NCBI GenBank assembly: GCA_030704615.1
Contig: CM060732.1
Location: 70,804,001-70,868,000, forward strand
Source: Takakia lepidozioides
Taxonomy: Eukaryota; Plantae; Bryophyta
DNA length: 64,000 bases
Reading direction: 5' to 3'
Below the pieces are notes generated by a model. It saw only the letters and a list, made by a program, of their open reading frames with translations. It had not been told where the DNA came from and did no database searches. Numbering within the stretch: position 1 is the first letter of the stretch; each line of letters opens with the position of its first letter. Below, one piece after another: positions 14,571 through 26,955 of this stretch. Both the position numbers and the translations under genes were made by a program.

Positions 14571-15482
14571 ATGGCAGCCATGGCCACTCCTGCACAGCTG
14601 GGATCAGCGGTGAGTTCGCAGCTGGGAATGCCGTCTTACGAAGGACTGAGGACAACATCCTCTCGTCTGCGTTTGCAAGTATTTCCACCCTCTTCCTCAC
14701 TAAGGTGCCTCGGCGTAAGGGCTGCAACAGCTGTTGCCCCAAAGTTCACAACCCTGAAGCCTTTGGGGGACCGTCTCCTTGTGAAAATCCAGACATCTGA
14801 GGAGAAAAGTGCAGGGGGCATTCTTCTCCCCAGCACAGCTCAGACTAAGCCACAAGGTCTGGCTTTCTCTGTCCTAGTCTTTAGTATAGAAGTCTGTTTG
14901 TGAGGCAAGTGACAGCATCAGTAGTTGGAACCATGTGAATTTTATTTCTTTCAACTTTTCTCCTTACCAAAAAGTGCTGACATATCCACCTTGTTCTGTT
15001 TGGCAGGTGGGGAAGTGGTGGCTGTGGGCGAGGGGAAGACCATTGGCGAAAAAAAACTGGAGCTCAGCGTGCAAACTGGGGCTCAGATTGTTTACTCCAA
15101 GTACGCAGGCACGGAGGTAGAATTCAATGGCGAGGGGCACTTGTTACTGAAGGAAGATGATGTGGTAGGTCTTCTATCGACAGACGATATCAAGGATTTG
15201 CAACCATTGAATGACCGGGTGCTCATTCAGGTGACCGAGGCCGAGTCAAAGACAGCGGGTGGCATTTTATTGACGGACAGCTCAAAGGAGAAGCCTGTGA
15301 TCGGAACAGTAGTTTCCACAGGGCCTGGGACGTATGGAGAAGATGGGGAGAGGAAGGCTTTGGAGGTGACCCCAGGCAACACGGTGTTATACTCTAAATA
15401 TGCTGGTAATGAATTCAAGAACAAGGATGGTGTCCAGTATGTGGTTCTGAGGGTGTCTGATATTCTAGCCGTCCTCTCTTAA
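14571..15482 (+). CDS. CPN20: Chloroplast 20 kDa co-chaperonin (two tandem GroES domains); exons 14571-14856 and 15007-15482, 253 aa
   Basis: Transit peptide followed by [33 protein letters not shown]|[19 protein letters not shown], then a second [27 protein letters not shown] domain. A GT-AG intron at 14857-15006 joins the two exons in frame. Confidence 0.97.
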
Positions 15483-17319
15483 ATTTGTGTTGTGCCGATG
15501 TCTACGCTCAATCTGTTTGTCATTGTCTCCATCTTTTCATCTGAGAGATAGGATCCAATACTCTGGACTTGTGTCAGAAATATAGAATTGGCGGCTTTAG
15601 TAATTGCCCACCACACCACCACCGACGCCCGGTTGAGAGTCATGTTCACAGAGATCACTGACAAGGGTTTGCACTTTTGTAGAGTCACAGTGAGATATCA
15701 AGGGATTGCACGATTTGATTCTCACGCATAGTTTTAAGTGATGTGGGTTGTTTTCCGAATGATGTATGAATATCTGTCAGTGTTGCTGTCACGATGGAGT
15801 TGTGTCCGAAGTGGTTAAAGTGCTCATGGAGGCACTCTCCAGGAAAAACTACCCCAGGCTTTTCTGGAAAGCCTTTTGCAAGTGTCTTTATGTGGGTTTT
15901 CCAATTGTGCTCAGTTTTGGGATGGAATTGTGACAACTGGAGCAAATACTGGGTCCACCTTTGGAAGCTGTGTATTTCCTTACTACAGCTTGGGGGGGTA
16001 GTGTTTTCTGTTTGCACCCTATCTGGAATCCAATGGAAACGAAATACATTCCCTCTTAACCACATATGTTGTTGGTTGTGAGTGAGTGCATGCAAAATCA
16101 AGTTTTCTTATATGTACCCCGGTGGGCTAGAATGGGATAGTAACCACCGCAGACTGTCTTGTGTGCAGCCAGCATCTGGCTGTGTTAGATGTTTGCCGAG
16201 GATATCCTTTGTAAGGACTTAATCCTGGTGGAAAAGTAACCCTCTAGGTGCTAATTGTGGAATCTCAACCCACAAGGGTATGTGAGATGCAACTCCAATG
16301 CCCATATGCTGAGCAACCCCAATTTAAGATGTGTTTGCCGGGAATGAAGGCTTGATTTAGGCAGTGCATTCAGCCTTCATCATAGGAGTGGTTTTCCACC
16401 TAGAGGGTGTGTTTCTGCAGATTATGTCTGCAGGGAAACAGTAGTTGTTTTGATGTTGCATCACTTTTTATGAGGACATCTTTTAGTCTCTGTCCGCCTC
16501 GTCTTGCAAAGAGGTATCTTCCAGCTTCTTTCCTTGCACACTGTCTGGAATTCTTGATTCAGCAGGGTATTTTGTACTGAAGAGCTACGTCATAGCACCT
16601 TGGTTGGCAGTTTGTTCTCCTCCATGTCATATTTAAAAGAATCAGGATTGTGACACTGGTTTGATGGTTTGTCGATATCGTTCGGCAGGATTTGACATAA
16701 AAGAGTGTTGGGTTCAAGGGTACAGTTGTATGCTGATTGTGAAGTAGACCCACTTGCCTTGACAGGTGTGACAAGTGTGGATAGAAAATGTACTCATCAG
16801 ACGTTGTTTGCCGCATTGATCCCACGCCTAGTTTGATTGGAACACAAAGGGATAGAAACTATGTACCTTTGTCAGGGCCTGACGCTGGTAATATGACTTC
16901 ACTTGAAACATACAGTTGATCCAAGTTTTCTAGGTATCCTCTAGAAATCCCTTCGCACAATCTGCTGTGTGTGATTTGCCCAATAACTAGCCCCAAAAGG
17001 GCCTGGGCTTTTGGCTCAGCCTCGAGACCGAAGTTGGTAAACAGAGGTAGAGGCACAATTACTCTGATGGAATTGAAGAGGGTGGATCTATTGTGAGAGT
17101 ACCGATAACAATGAGTCAGAAAGTGGATATTGTCTTCAGTGTGGTTAGAGAGAGAGAGAGAGATGATTCAAGGACTGTTTCCTGCAATTGTGGGCTATCA
17201 TGATATGCACTGGAATTTCCCAACATAAGTTGCCATCTGAGTCTTCCAATCCAACTGCTCAACCCAATACCCCTTGTGACGTCATAAAAGTGTGAGGTCT
17301 ATCTTCCTCTAACACCTTA

Positions 17320-17410
17320 AGTGAGGGTTTTGAATAGAACTTAGTGAAATGATGGTACCGTGATGAAACCACACCTGCCCCAAGATAACGGAAAGCTAAG
17401 TTTGACAAAA
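17320..17410 (+). repeat. ~90-bp direct repeat, copy 1 (copy 2 at 19911-20003)
   Basis: agtgagggttttgaatagaactt(a/g)gtgaaat..atgaaaccacacctgcccca..aacggaaagct..ttgacaaaa is present at both positions. Confidence 0.85.
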
Positions 17411-18039
17411 AAAAATGCTACATAACAGATCGTGAATACCGTCTTACCATCCTACTTTTCCGGTTCGCCCATGTTGGTAGGTAGGGATGGAATCGATGTG
17501 TGCTGCGGCTAAAAGAGCGTTACATGTGTGCTTGAAAGGAGCTTGAAGCTTTCGACCTCCACTGCACAGATGTCGCCAAGGTGTGACATGCCATGGATTG
17601 ACGTTGAGGCATTTGTTAGACGCTCTTGTGAAGCCACCATTGAGGGCTGGATTACATCTACATTGATACACAGGTTCGTTACCGCATTTCAGTCTTCCCT
17701 TTGCTTCAATGGAGGGCTCACTATCAAAAGTTGTTCTCAGTCACATTTATCCTATTTCTTTTGGTAAACACTGCTTTAGGACAATCCCCTCAAGGAGAAC
17801 AAGCATGAAACCCACACCGGCCTGTTTGCAGCCTCCAGCAGTGCCTGGTTCATAGACACTCCAGTATTTTTAGTTGTGGCCAACTTCTGGTCCTTCACAA
17901 AACTGCATATCATGGCAGCAAGTTTGAAGTAGTCACTACCATAAAATACACTGGCTTAAAGCCATATCTGCAGGAGTCCAAATCTGAATTGAGCAAAGGT
18001 AGACAAAGATGGAAGTGAGATGAATAGATTACTCTTTCT

Positions 18040-19263
18040 TTACATGGATAAGGTGCTCTCAAAGATGGTAACCTCTGGTGAGAGATCCAACATCCTCTCT
18101 AGAGCATGCATATTTTCAAGGGTCTCATTCACCGTCTGAGCATCTGTTCCATCAGACTGAAGATGCTCATTGGCCCATGCAAAAGCTTGTCTACAATTTT
18201 CTGAATGACTCCAGGGGTGCTGCTGAGCCCCCGAGTCATCTGTGGCAACATGTTTCTCCATAGTCTTGCATCCCTCGTCAAGCTCGTGTAATCGACATTT
18301 GTGGCAATACATTTATAATTTACTCATCAGTCTCTAACGTAATCCCAAGCCCACTCTCTTGAAGTCCTCCAGGGTCCTCTCCTCTAAATGGTGCGGCGGA
18401 GCCCCTGAGACATCTGTGGCAACATGTTTCTCCATAGTCTTGCATCCCTCGTTAAGCTCGTGTCCACCAGATGACTGTGCGTACTGAACATTTGTGGCAA
18501 TATGTTTACTCCTTTTGCTCATCAGTCTCTCGCGTATTCCCAAGCCCACTCTCTTGAACTCCTCCAGGATCCTGTCGTCTAAATGGTGCTGCCGAGCCCC
18601 TGAGACATCTGTGGCAACATGTTTCTCCAGAGTCTTGCATCCCTCGTTAAGCTCGTGTCCACCAGGTGACTGTGCGTACTGAACATTTGTGGCAATCTTT
18701 TGCTCATCAGTCTCTCGCGTATTCCCAAGCCCACTCTCTTGAACTCCTCCAGGATCCTATCGTCTAAATGGTGCTGCCGAGCCCCTGAGACATCTGTGGC
18801 AACATGTTTCTCCATAGTTTTGCATCCCTCGTTAAGCCTGTGTGTACTGGACATTTGTGGCAATATGTTTATTCATTTTACTCATCAGCCTCTCGCGTAA
18901 TCCCAAGCCCACTCTCTTGAACTCCTCAAGGGTCCTGTCGTCTAAATGGTGCTGCTGAGCCCCTGAGACATCTGTGGCAACATGTTTCTCCAGATTCTTG
19001 CATCCCTGGTTAAGCTCTCGTCCACCAGATGCCTCTGTGTGGACAGTTGTGGAGAAATGTTTACTCATCAGTCCTTCGCGTGATTCCAAGCACACTCTCT
19101 TAAAATCCCCCTGGGCGAAAACGTCCCACTCTTCCGAGATCTCTAAATCACTCCACGCGTGCTGCCGATCCCCTGAGACATTTGTGGCAACATGTTTCTC
19201 CATAGTCTTGCGTCCCTCGTTAAGCTTTTGTCCACCCGAAGCAACTGCACCTACGGAAGTCAT
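18040..19263 (-). pseudogene. Frameshifted ORF made of six ~175-210-bp tandem repeats (~65-aa unit LNEGCKTMEKHVATDVSGA.QHHLDDR.LEEFKRVGLG.RERLMSK..KHIATNVQY.QS.GGHE)
   Basis: The core ggcaacatgtttctcca recurs near 18245, 18419, 18614, 18799, 18977 and 19187. The same peptide appears in successive ORF frames. A candidate ATG at 19263 follows a pyrimidine-rich acceptor. Deletions of 17 nt and 10 nt and a stop break the frame. Confidence 0.7.
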
Positions 19264-19910
19264 CAAACCTAAAAAAAAACAACGACAAGCTTGATCGGAC
19301 CTGGGCCCGAAAAGTAGAAATGACAAAACGGCCAAGTTACCGAGTGAAAAGAGACAAGGCCCAGTGCGGTGCAACCAACACAAAGACACCCATTTGTACA
19401 GACCTGCCGCCAGACATCCTCCGATTGCTTATGAGCACTGAGCATACTATCCAATTCGTCGATTCTTCGTAAGAAATAGTGGGCTGTCACTCCCAGGTTT
19501 CTTTTGAAACAACAAAAAAACAAAAAAAGGTTCTGTCACTCCCGACTGTCCCATACCAGAGTTATGGGGGCTCCGTAATCTAGTTCGGAAGGGGTCATGT
19601 AGCTGGTGGAAGTGAGAGGGGTTTGATGAAATACTGAGATGGAGAGAGGTGATGGGAGCGGGATGAACTCGATGAGGGTGAATCAAACCGCAGAGTAAGG
19701 TAAGCCAAATACTGGCAGAATCCATGCCCTTATATGCTCTGAATCCAAAACCTGGAAATTCACGACTTACTTGCTGTGAAATCCAGAGACACAAACGATA
19801 GGAGACTCGACAATTGATACTGGATCTACAACAGAAGTCTAATATCGTACCTGAATGGATGTGCATACATTAAGGTCCGAGGGCTATGGAGACCGCCAGA
19901 AATCCTTGCT

Positions 19911-20003
19911 AGTGAGGGTTTTGAATAGAACTTGGTGAAATCATGGTTCCATTATGAAACCACACCTGCCCCAAAAGACAACGGAAAGCTGGAATTGACA
20001 AAA
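19911..20003 (+). repeat. ~90-bp direct repeat, copy 2
   Basis: Matches 17320-17410 with scattered substitutions. Confidence 0.85.
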
Positions 20004-20619
20004 CACACTATAGGCAACGGGTGCCTCCAACAATGCCAGTCAAAGAAGTGCATTATATGGTATCTCACATGAGCAGCTGAATATTCTCGAGAGACGTTAA
20101 TAAGCAAGATGTACTTTTCATTCATAGACAATATTCCTCGTTCTGTCCAAGCAGGATCAGAAGTTTTTGCTTTATTAGGTAGAATGTCGTCTGCTTTAGG
20201 TCATCATCAGTGTTTCGCAAGAAAGAATTACAATGGAGGATCAACACCTTCAATATGAGGAAGATGAAAGATGGGGGCTCGCAGCCCGAAGCAACTCCAC
20301 CTATGTACCTAAGTCATCAGACCTAATAAAGAAGACGTTGAAGTCAGGATAGCCTTGATCGGAGGTTGGCCAAAAAGCAGAAAGGAAACCAAGAAAACCG
20401 AATGGAAAGGTTCAACACCCAATCATAGGACCACAACAAGATGTGTATCCACCCTCCGAGCTCTCCATATTTGTATAGGAATAGCTGAGATAACTATAGC
20501 ATAAGTGCATGTTCATTCTTGAGTTATCTCCAACTGCTATTCTGGTACTGTGACTTGAGTCACTAATAACTCAAGCTAACTAATTTAGCTATTGAGCCTT
20601 ATCTCTATCAGTAACTCTA

Positions 20620-21403
20620 TTGTTAAGACTGTCAGTTCCTATTGCAGGCCTTGGAAAAAAGTGGTATTCAAGGATCCTTCCTGTGCTTGGTCAAAATTCT
20701 ACTAGACTCGGCTTCCAACAAGGTGATGGTAAATGGAACCATATCTCATTCCTTCCCACTTCAACGTCTGTGCGGCAGGGTTGCCCACTCGCTCCTTTCC
20801 TTTCCCTCATAGCAGCTGACAGTCTTGGACATCTGCTGGAACATAGGCAAGACATAATTGGCTCCATCTGCTTTCCTCATCCACAACAACAAGATATGGT
20901 CAAACGCTCAATGTATGTAGACAATACAATTCTTCTGTTGGACAATTCTCACAAAAGCAACATAGATAGAGCATTGCTCGCTCTCCAAACCTTCTGTCTT
21001 GCATCTGGTCTTAAGATCAATTGGCAAAAATCAGTAGGGATACAATCTCCATTGCAGCAGAATGCCCAATCCCAGCATTGCCAATCGTGGGGGGAACATA
21101 TTGGCTTGAAATGGCTTCCAATCGGACAGTATCATATTCTCCTCGGGCCTCATTAAATAGGCCTCAACATATCTGATGACCAACGCTTCCAGGGAGTCTT
21201 GAAAAAATTGAAACACTAGAAGATTGCATTCTGGAGCTCCGTCATGCATACTCTCTATAACTGGAAGTCTAGCTTTGATCTTTGATCCTTAATCAAGTTT
21301 TACTGGCTTCCAATTGTTTTTTTGCTGCGGTTTGGGCCCTGGATCCACCCTCATCAAAAAGATTAGAGCCCTCCTGAGGAACTTTCTATGGGGCGCTTCG
21401 TCA
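20620..21403 (+). mobile_element. Degenerate LINE (L1-like) reverse-transcriptase fragment, interrupted by the copia element; resumes briefly after 30958
   Basis: SVRQGCPLAPFL, MYVDNT (a YADD variant), FCLASGLKINWQKS, and IKKIRALLRNFLWG immediately before the LTR. Confidence 0.8.
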
Positions 21404-21691
21404 TGTAGAAATAACAAACCACCTGATTTGTAACTATAAAGTCAGGGTTATCTGTAACACACAAATAGAACTAGAGTCAGCAAGATTTGTTGTAAAGTAG
21501 TTAGTCATCAATGAAAGAGACAACTGGGTAGATAGAAATTAAGCCGATAGAGTTATTAGCATACGGCATGTTGTAAACATAGGTAGGTGAGGTAACCGAT
21601 ATAAGACCTGTAAGTCTGTGTCGCAGATTACCGTTCTTGTGGAGATCTATTATAGTAAAGCTTGAGCTTTATGTTGCTGAGTTTTGTAACA
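21404..21691 (+). repeat. 5' LTR of copia element
   Basis: TGTAGAAA...TTGTAACA. I count 8 substitutions against the 3' LTR over 288 bp. Confidence 0.97.
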
Positions 21692-21703
21692 TGGTATCAG
21701 AGC
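21692..21703 (+). promoter_or_regulatory. Primer-binding site, tRNA-iMet type
   Basis: TGGTATCAGAGC immediately after the 5' LTR. Confidence 0.95.
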
Positions 21704-21849
21704 CAGCCATTTGATCCTTAGCTTACAGATAGATACAAGTGTCTACAGTCATGACTTCAGAGATTTCAGTGGAGAGCGTAGTGTTCAGGAGTCAGAGGTG
21801 ACTAGTCCTGCAAGCACTCAAAATTCCACACTCATCGAGAATGACATGA

Positions 21850-24148
21850 GGTGGTGAGGGAGCTATCTTTGAAGTCAACAAGCTGGCGGGAGTAGCCAAT
21901 TATCAAACTTGGAGGTTCAGATTTAAGAATCTGATCGTTCGTAACGATCTTTGGAACATCATCACCGACACACAACCGAAGGATGACTCGGAGCTCACAA
22001 ATCGCAGGAAGCAGAGGCTACTCGCCATGATTAATCTTTCAATGAAAGATGAGATCATACCATACATATCTGAGATTGATGATCCCCGTCAAGTTTGGAA
22101 CAAGCTAGAAAATTTGTTTGCCTCAGCAAGTCCAGCCAGAAGACTGTTGATCAGGAATCAGTTGTATAGTGCCAAGGTGACTGAGGATAGTAGTGTATCT
22201 GACTACCTAAGAAATGTGTAGGATTTGCACCAGCAGCTGCTAGCGATGGGAGATGTCATACCAAATGAAGATATCGTCATGGCGATACTCAATGCTCTAC
22301 CTGAGAGCTATGAGTCATTCATACAAAGCATCTCCAGTAGGGACGACTTTCCTACACTTGACCAGCTTGTGACTCGAATCCATCATGAAGAAACTAGGAG
22401 GGAGTTGAAGGGAACCAAGAAGGTTGAGGAGGAGGCTCTGATCATGAAGTTTAAGAAGCTATACAAAAAGAACGATGAGCAGAGGTCGACCAAGCCGAGG
22501 CCTGGCAAGTGCTACAATTGTGGAGAACCAAGTCACTGGGCCCGTGAGTGCACTAACCAAAAAAAAATGGGGAAGAAACCACATCAAACAAATAGTAGCA
22601 CCAAGGCAAAAGGGAAGCAAGTTGCAAACATCGTGCAAACTGAATCAAGTGATGAAGACAAGGAGTCTATTGAAGAGGGATTTGATCTATTTGAAATGGC
22701 AGTGGTCTCTCTTGAGATAGAGAAAACTCACGATGGAAGCCCATGGTACTTTGACTCGAGGGCATCCAAACATGTGACGGGAAAGAAAAGTAGTTTGGAC
22801 AGCTTTGAGGCCTGTGTGAATGACGGACGTGTGAAGTCTGCAGGAGGGCAGACTCACACTGTGAAAAGCAAAGACAAAGCCACATTTGTAACCCCTTCAG
22901 GAATAAAAAGGATTGACGAGGTTATCTACGTACCGGGTCTGACCAAAAATTTGTTGTCAGTAGGATCTTTAGCGGACAAGGGACACATCGTTGTGTTTGA
23001 TTCGCATAGATGTCTAGTATTGTCCAAAAATGGGCCCAAACAGATAGTAGCAAAAGGGATTCGTGATCCTAGAAATGGTCTCTATAAGATGGATATACAG
23101 TAGATAGAAATAAATGTTGTGTCATCGAGAGAGAAGGAAGTCAGGTTGTGGCATCAAAGGCTGGGGCATCTAGGCTCTTAGAACATGAAGCTATTGGAAA
23201 AGTAAAATCTTGTAGAAGGGTTGCCAACGCTTGATGACGTAGATGAAACCTTCGAACATTGCATGGCAGGGCGACAAGTCCGAGAGCCAGCTCCGAAAAT
23301 CAGCACAAGAAGGGCGAACAGGCCGCTCGAGTTGGTTCACACTGACCTATGTGGACCATTGCCAACAGCATCATTACGCGGTTCTAAGTATTTTGCTACC
23401 TTCACTGATGATTATAGCAGATTCAATTGGATATTTTTTCTCAAGAAGAAGTCAGAGACCTTAGAGAAATTTAAACAGTTTAAGCTACTTGCCAAAAATC
23501 AGACCAAGGAGAAGCTAGTAGCGTTGCGATCAGACCGTGGAGGTGAGTTTACATCATCGGCCTTTGTCAATTTTTGCAGAGAACATGGGATTAAGAAGGA
23601 GTTGACACAAACATATAGTCCTCATCAAAATGGAGTTTCTGAAAGGAAGAATCGAACGCTGTTGGAAAAGGCTCGAAGCATGTTTATACCCAGCAAACTC
23701 CCAGATTATCTTTGGACAGAGGCTGTGAATGCGGCAAACTATTTGGCCAATAGACTTCCTACTCGTGCAAACGAAGGTATGACTCCCATCCATAAGCTTA
23801 CAGGCGAGAAACCTCGGCTAGACCATTTGAGAGTCTGGGGTTGTGAGGCGTTCATGCATGTTGCCAAAAATAAAAGAAATAAACTTCAATCCAAGTCCCA
23901 GCGATGCTTTCTAGTAGGGTATAATGAGCAGAGCAAAGATACAGGTTGTTCTATCCAAAGAAGAAAATCATTGAAATTAGCAAGGATATTAGATTCAATG
24001 AGTCCCACTTTGGATTTAGGGCAAATGACGCTGATGCACTACAAGAACCAACACAAATCAGTCAGTTTGTCTTCAGGGAAGTGAAAGATGACTTGAAACT
24101 AAGCTTCCTGCATCACCTGCTACAATACAAGAGCGTGCTTTGTCAAAT
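21850..24148 (+). pseudogene. copia gag-protease-integrase, with in-frame stops and frameshifts
   Basis: ORF pieces 22027-22221, 22225-23103 and 23221-24084 carry the zinc knuckle, GAG-pre-integrase (LWHQRLGH) and rve motifs. Confidence 0.93.
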
Positions 24149-24882
24149 CACTAATAGAAAATCCGGCTTTTACGTCTGTTATTTTCCAGTTGTATCAGCC
24201 TTTTATGACTGCATGACTGCCCAGTCAGATAAACCTAGTCAGTTGTGACAAATGAGTCGTAAGCGCCATAGAGTCGTATCTGCCAGTCGTAGAGCTCATT
24301 GTTGACGTGGCAACGGGGACGCCTAATCATAGTCATTGATAAGACCGTAGTAAATGACTGCGAATCCATGTCAGCTTCACGTGGAACGGAAGGGATATGC
24401 CACATGTCACGTCAAAGGGAAGGAGACAGGGTCTTTACGATTGGCATATATGACTTCTGCAGATTAACCCCAGGATAACACGTGGAGAAGACTGGACATG
24501 ACTCGTGGAATCAAATTATGCAGGATGGGGGTGGTTGTTATAATTGGAGCATATGACTTCCATGGCGCACTCTAGATACTACACGTGGCACGAGTATGGG
24601 CGAACACAAGGGGTGAAAGTGGCACGTGGCGGAGGCTCTATGGATGGGAGGTAGTCGTGTACATGACCGTAGTCATGGGCCTAACTTTAGCAGCATTGAA
24701 ACATGAAAGCACATTTGAAATTGGAACATCGATTCAAATACAACATGACTTAATGTTCAAATATCCGTTCCATAATCTAATCCGGTGCTGCTACAAAAAT
24801 GCACAAAGCTGCAAAGTCTATGTAGACTTCCAAATGCCTGAGCAGAAGATGCATACACTCTTAAACTTCAGCAATCCACTAC

Positions 24883-26955
24883 CTTCATTAGCAGTGCCTG
24901 ATTTTATCAATTGTGTCGCTGCTGCTGCGGCTTCCAGTTGACCATCTACTCATGCAGGTTTCTTCTAGCTATCATTCCACAATGAATCATAGGTAATATG
25001 GAGCTTGAAAATCCGGCCCTCTTGGATGAATCTGCGCCCACACTCTATCCCTGCTCCTTCAGCTATCCATGCCCACGAGGGTATTGTTCAGAATCATATC
25101 TGGTACAATTCCAGCTTTGGTGATGCAACCATGTACCTCTTTGCATGTGCTTTCCAGGGCTGCCAGGCTTGCACATGCACTGCAAACGCACACAAACATG
25201 ATGTGGTCGAGCTTCACCCCTTCTCCCATCATTTGCTTTCAGGTCTCCAAAGCCCCATCCTGCGCTCATGCTCTGCAGGCCCTCACCACAAGGGCATATT
25301 TCATAACGACATCAATTCAATTCCAGCTTGGATGATGTCACCACGAACCCCGTCTTCACTCATTGCCTACTCTAGTTAAGTGCAATTATGGGCTAGGCTG
25401 ATACCACATCTCATTCAGCCATATTATCAAACTGCATGCCATTTGTATCCTTGTAGTTGTACCCAAACTTGGCATACATGTCCACTACGGCAACATTCAA
25501 AATCACATCAGATACAATACTAGCTTTGACAATATTACCGTGGACCTCTGCACCATTTTTCAGGGCTACCAGGCTTGCATTTGACATACGTATCCACCAA
25601 GGCAGTGGTTAGAGACATCTAGTGGTACAATTCCAACTTTGACAATGTCACCATGGACCGTTGCGTCCTTTCCAAGGCTACCAAGCTCGCATTTGACTTA
25701 CATGTACACCAAAGGAATGTTCAGAATGACATCAGGTACAATTCCAGCTTTGATGATGTCACCATGAACCTCTTGGCCCTTTCCCAGGGCTTCTAGGCTC
25801 GCATATACATATTACAAACACAAATGAACATGACCTGGTCTGGCTTCATCCTTTCCCACATCATTTGCTCTTAGGTTTCCAAAGCATCCCACACCCATGT
25901 TGCACATACCTTGCAATCATGGCACTCCACAACACCACATCTCATTTAGTCATGTTGCCAAACTCTCCATTCGCATCAGGCTTGCTACACCCACATTTGG
26001 CATACATGTCCGTCAGGGCAGTGTTCAAAATGACAACTAGTACAATTTCAGCTTTGACGATAGCAAATGGCCAAGAGTTATCCCAATATCCCGCTACCAA
26101 TGAGTTCAAGGCATATCCTTGTCACATTGGCAGTATCATGTCAAAGTCACTCCCAACTACATTCACTCAACAGCTAACTTGCAGAATTCAACATGAAAAT
26201 TGAGGGCCGATTCTGATAAGAGAGGAAAACATGGTGAAATGTGTTGAAGAAGGTGCCTTCATTAGCAATGCCTGATTTTATCAATTGTGCAGCTGCTGCT
26301 GCGGCTTCCAGTTGACCATCTATCCATGCAAGTTTCTTGTATCTATCCTTCCACAGGGAATCATAGGTAACGTGGAGCTTGAAATCCGGCCATCTTGGAT
26401 GAATCTGGACACACACTCTATCCCTGCAAAAAACAAGCATACATCTTTGCCTTCCTGCTAGCAGCTGACAATGACAGCCTAGAATTGTTCCAGCAAACAC
26501 CCCCAACCCTACTTATCAACGAGCAACGAGCTAACTTACAACATTCAATATGCATCTCAGGGCCAAGTCTGGTGAGAGGGCAAAACAAGCTAAAATAGGT
26601 CGAAGAAGAAGATGCCCAGGTTTCTTGTAGCTCTGATCCACTAGGAATCATAGTAATCTTGTGCTTGATATCCTGCCCTATTGGATGAATCTGGACCCAC
26701 ACTCTATCCTTGCTCCTTAAGCTATCCCAGCCTCTGCACACATCACGCATACATCCTCGCCTTGCTTCGAACGGCTGACATTGACGGCCTAGACTTGTTC
26801 TAGCAAACACCCAACCCTACTCATAACACGCTAGTTCTTATGTTGAATGGCATCTGCTTCTCTCTGGATTGTAACAGGCATTCACCTTTTTTCCTCGATC
26901 GTCCCACCATTGACTAGGGTCGGAAAATATTCCTTCCACAACTTCTCCTCATCCC
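24883..26955 (-). pseudogene. Captured, shuffled fragments of an OSB-PDF-motif + PLS-PPR gene
   Basis: Exon A (~26953-26886) reads EEKLWKEYF(S)DPSQWWDDRGKK|GT, with a 1-nt deletion. Exon B occurs in three copies, starting at 26690, 26404 and 25031; the best reads AG|IHPRWPDFKLHVTYDSLWKDRYKKLAWIDGQLEAAAAAA. Decayed PPR motifs lie at ~25065-26060 (TALTDMYAKCGCSK, GVKLDHIMFVCVCSACASLAALE..KEVHGCITKAGIVPDMILNNTLV). Confidence 0.85.

Noticed and set aside
18240-19230. CRISPR-like array
   Set aside because: The units are 175-210 bp and homologous throughout, with no unique spacers. The context is eukaryotic and there are no cas genes.
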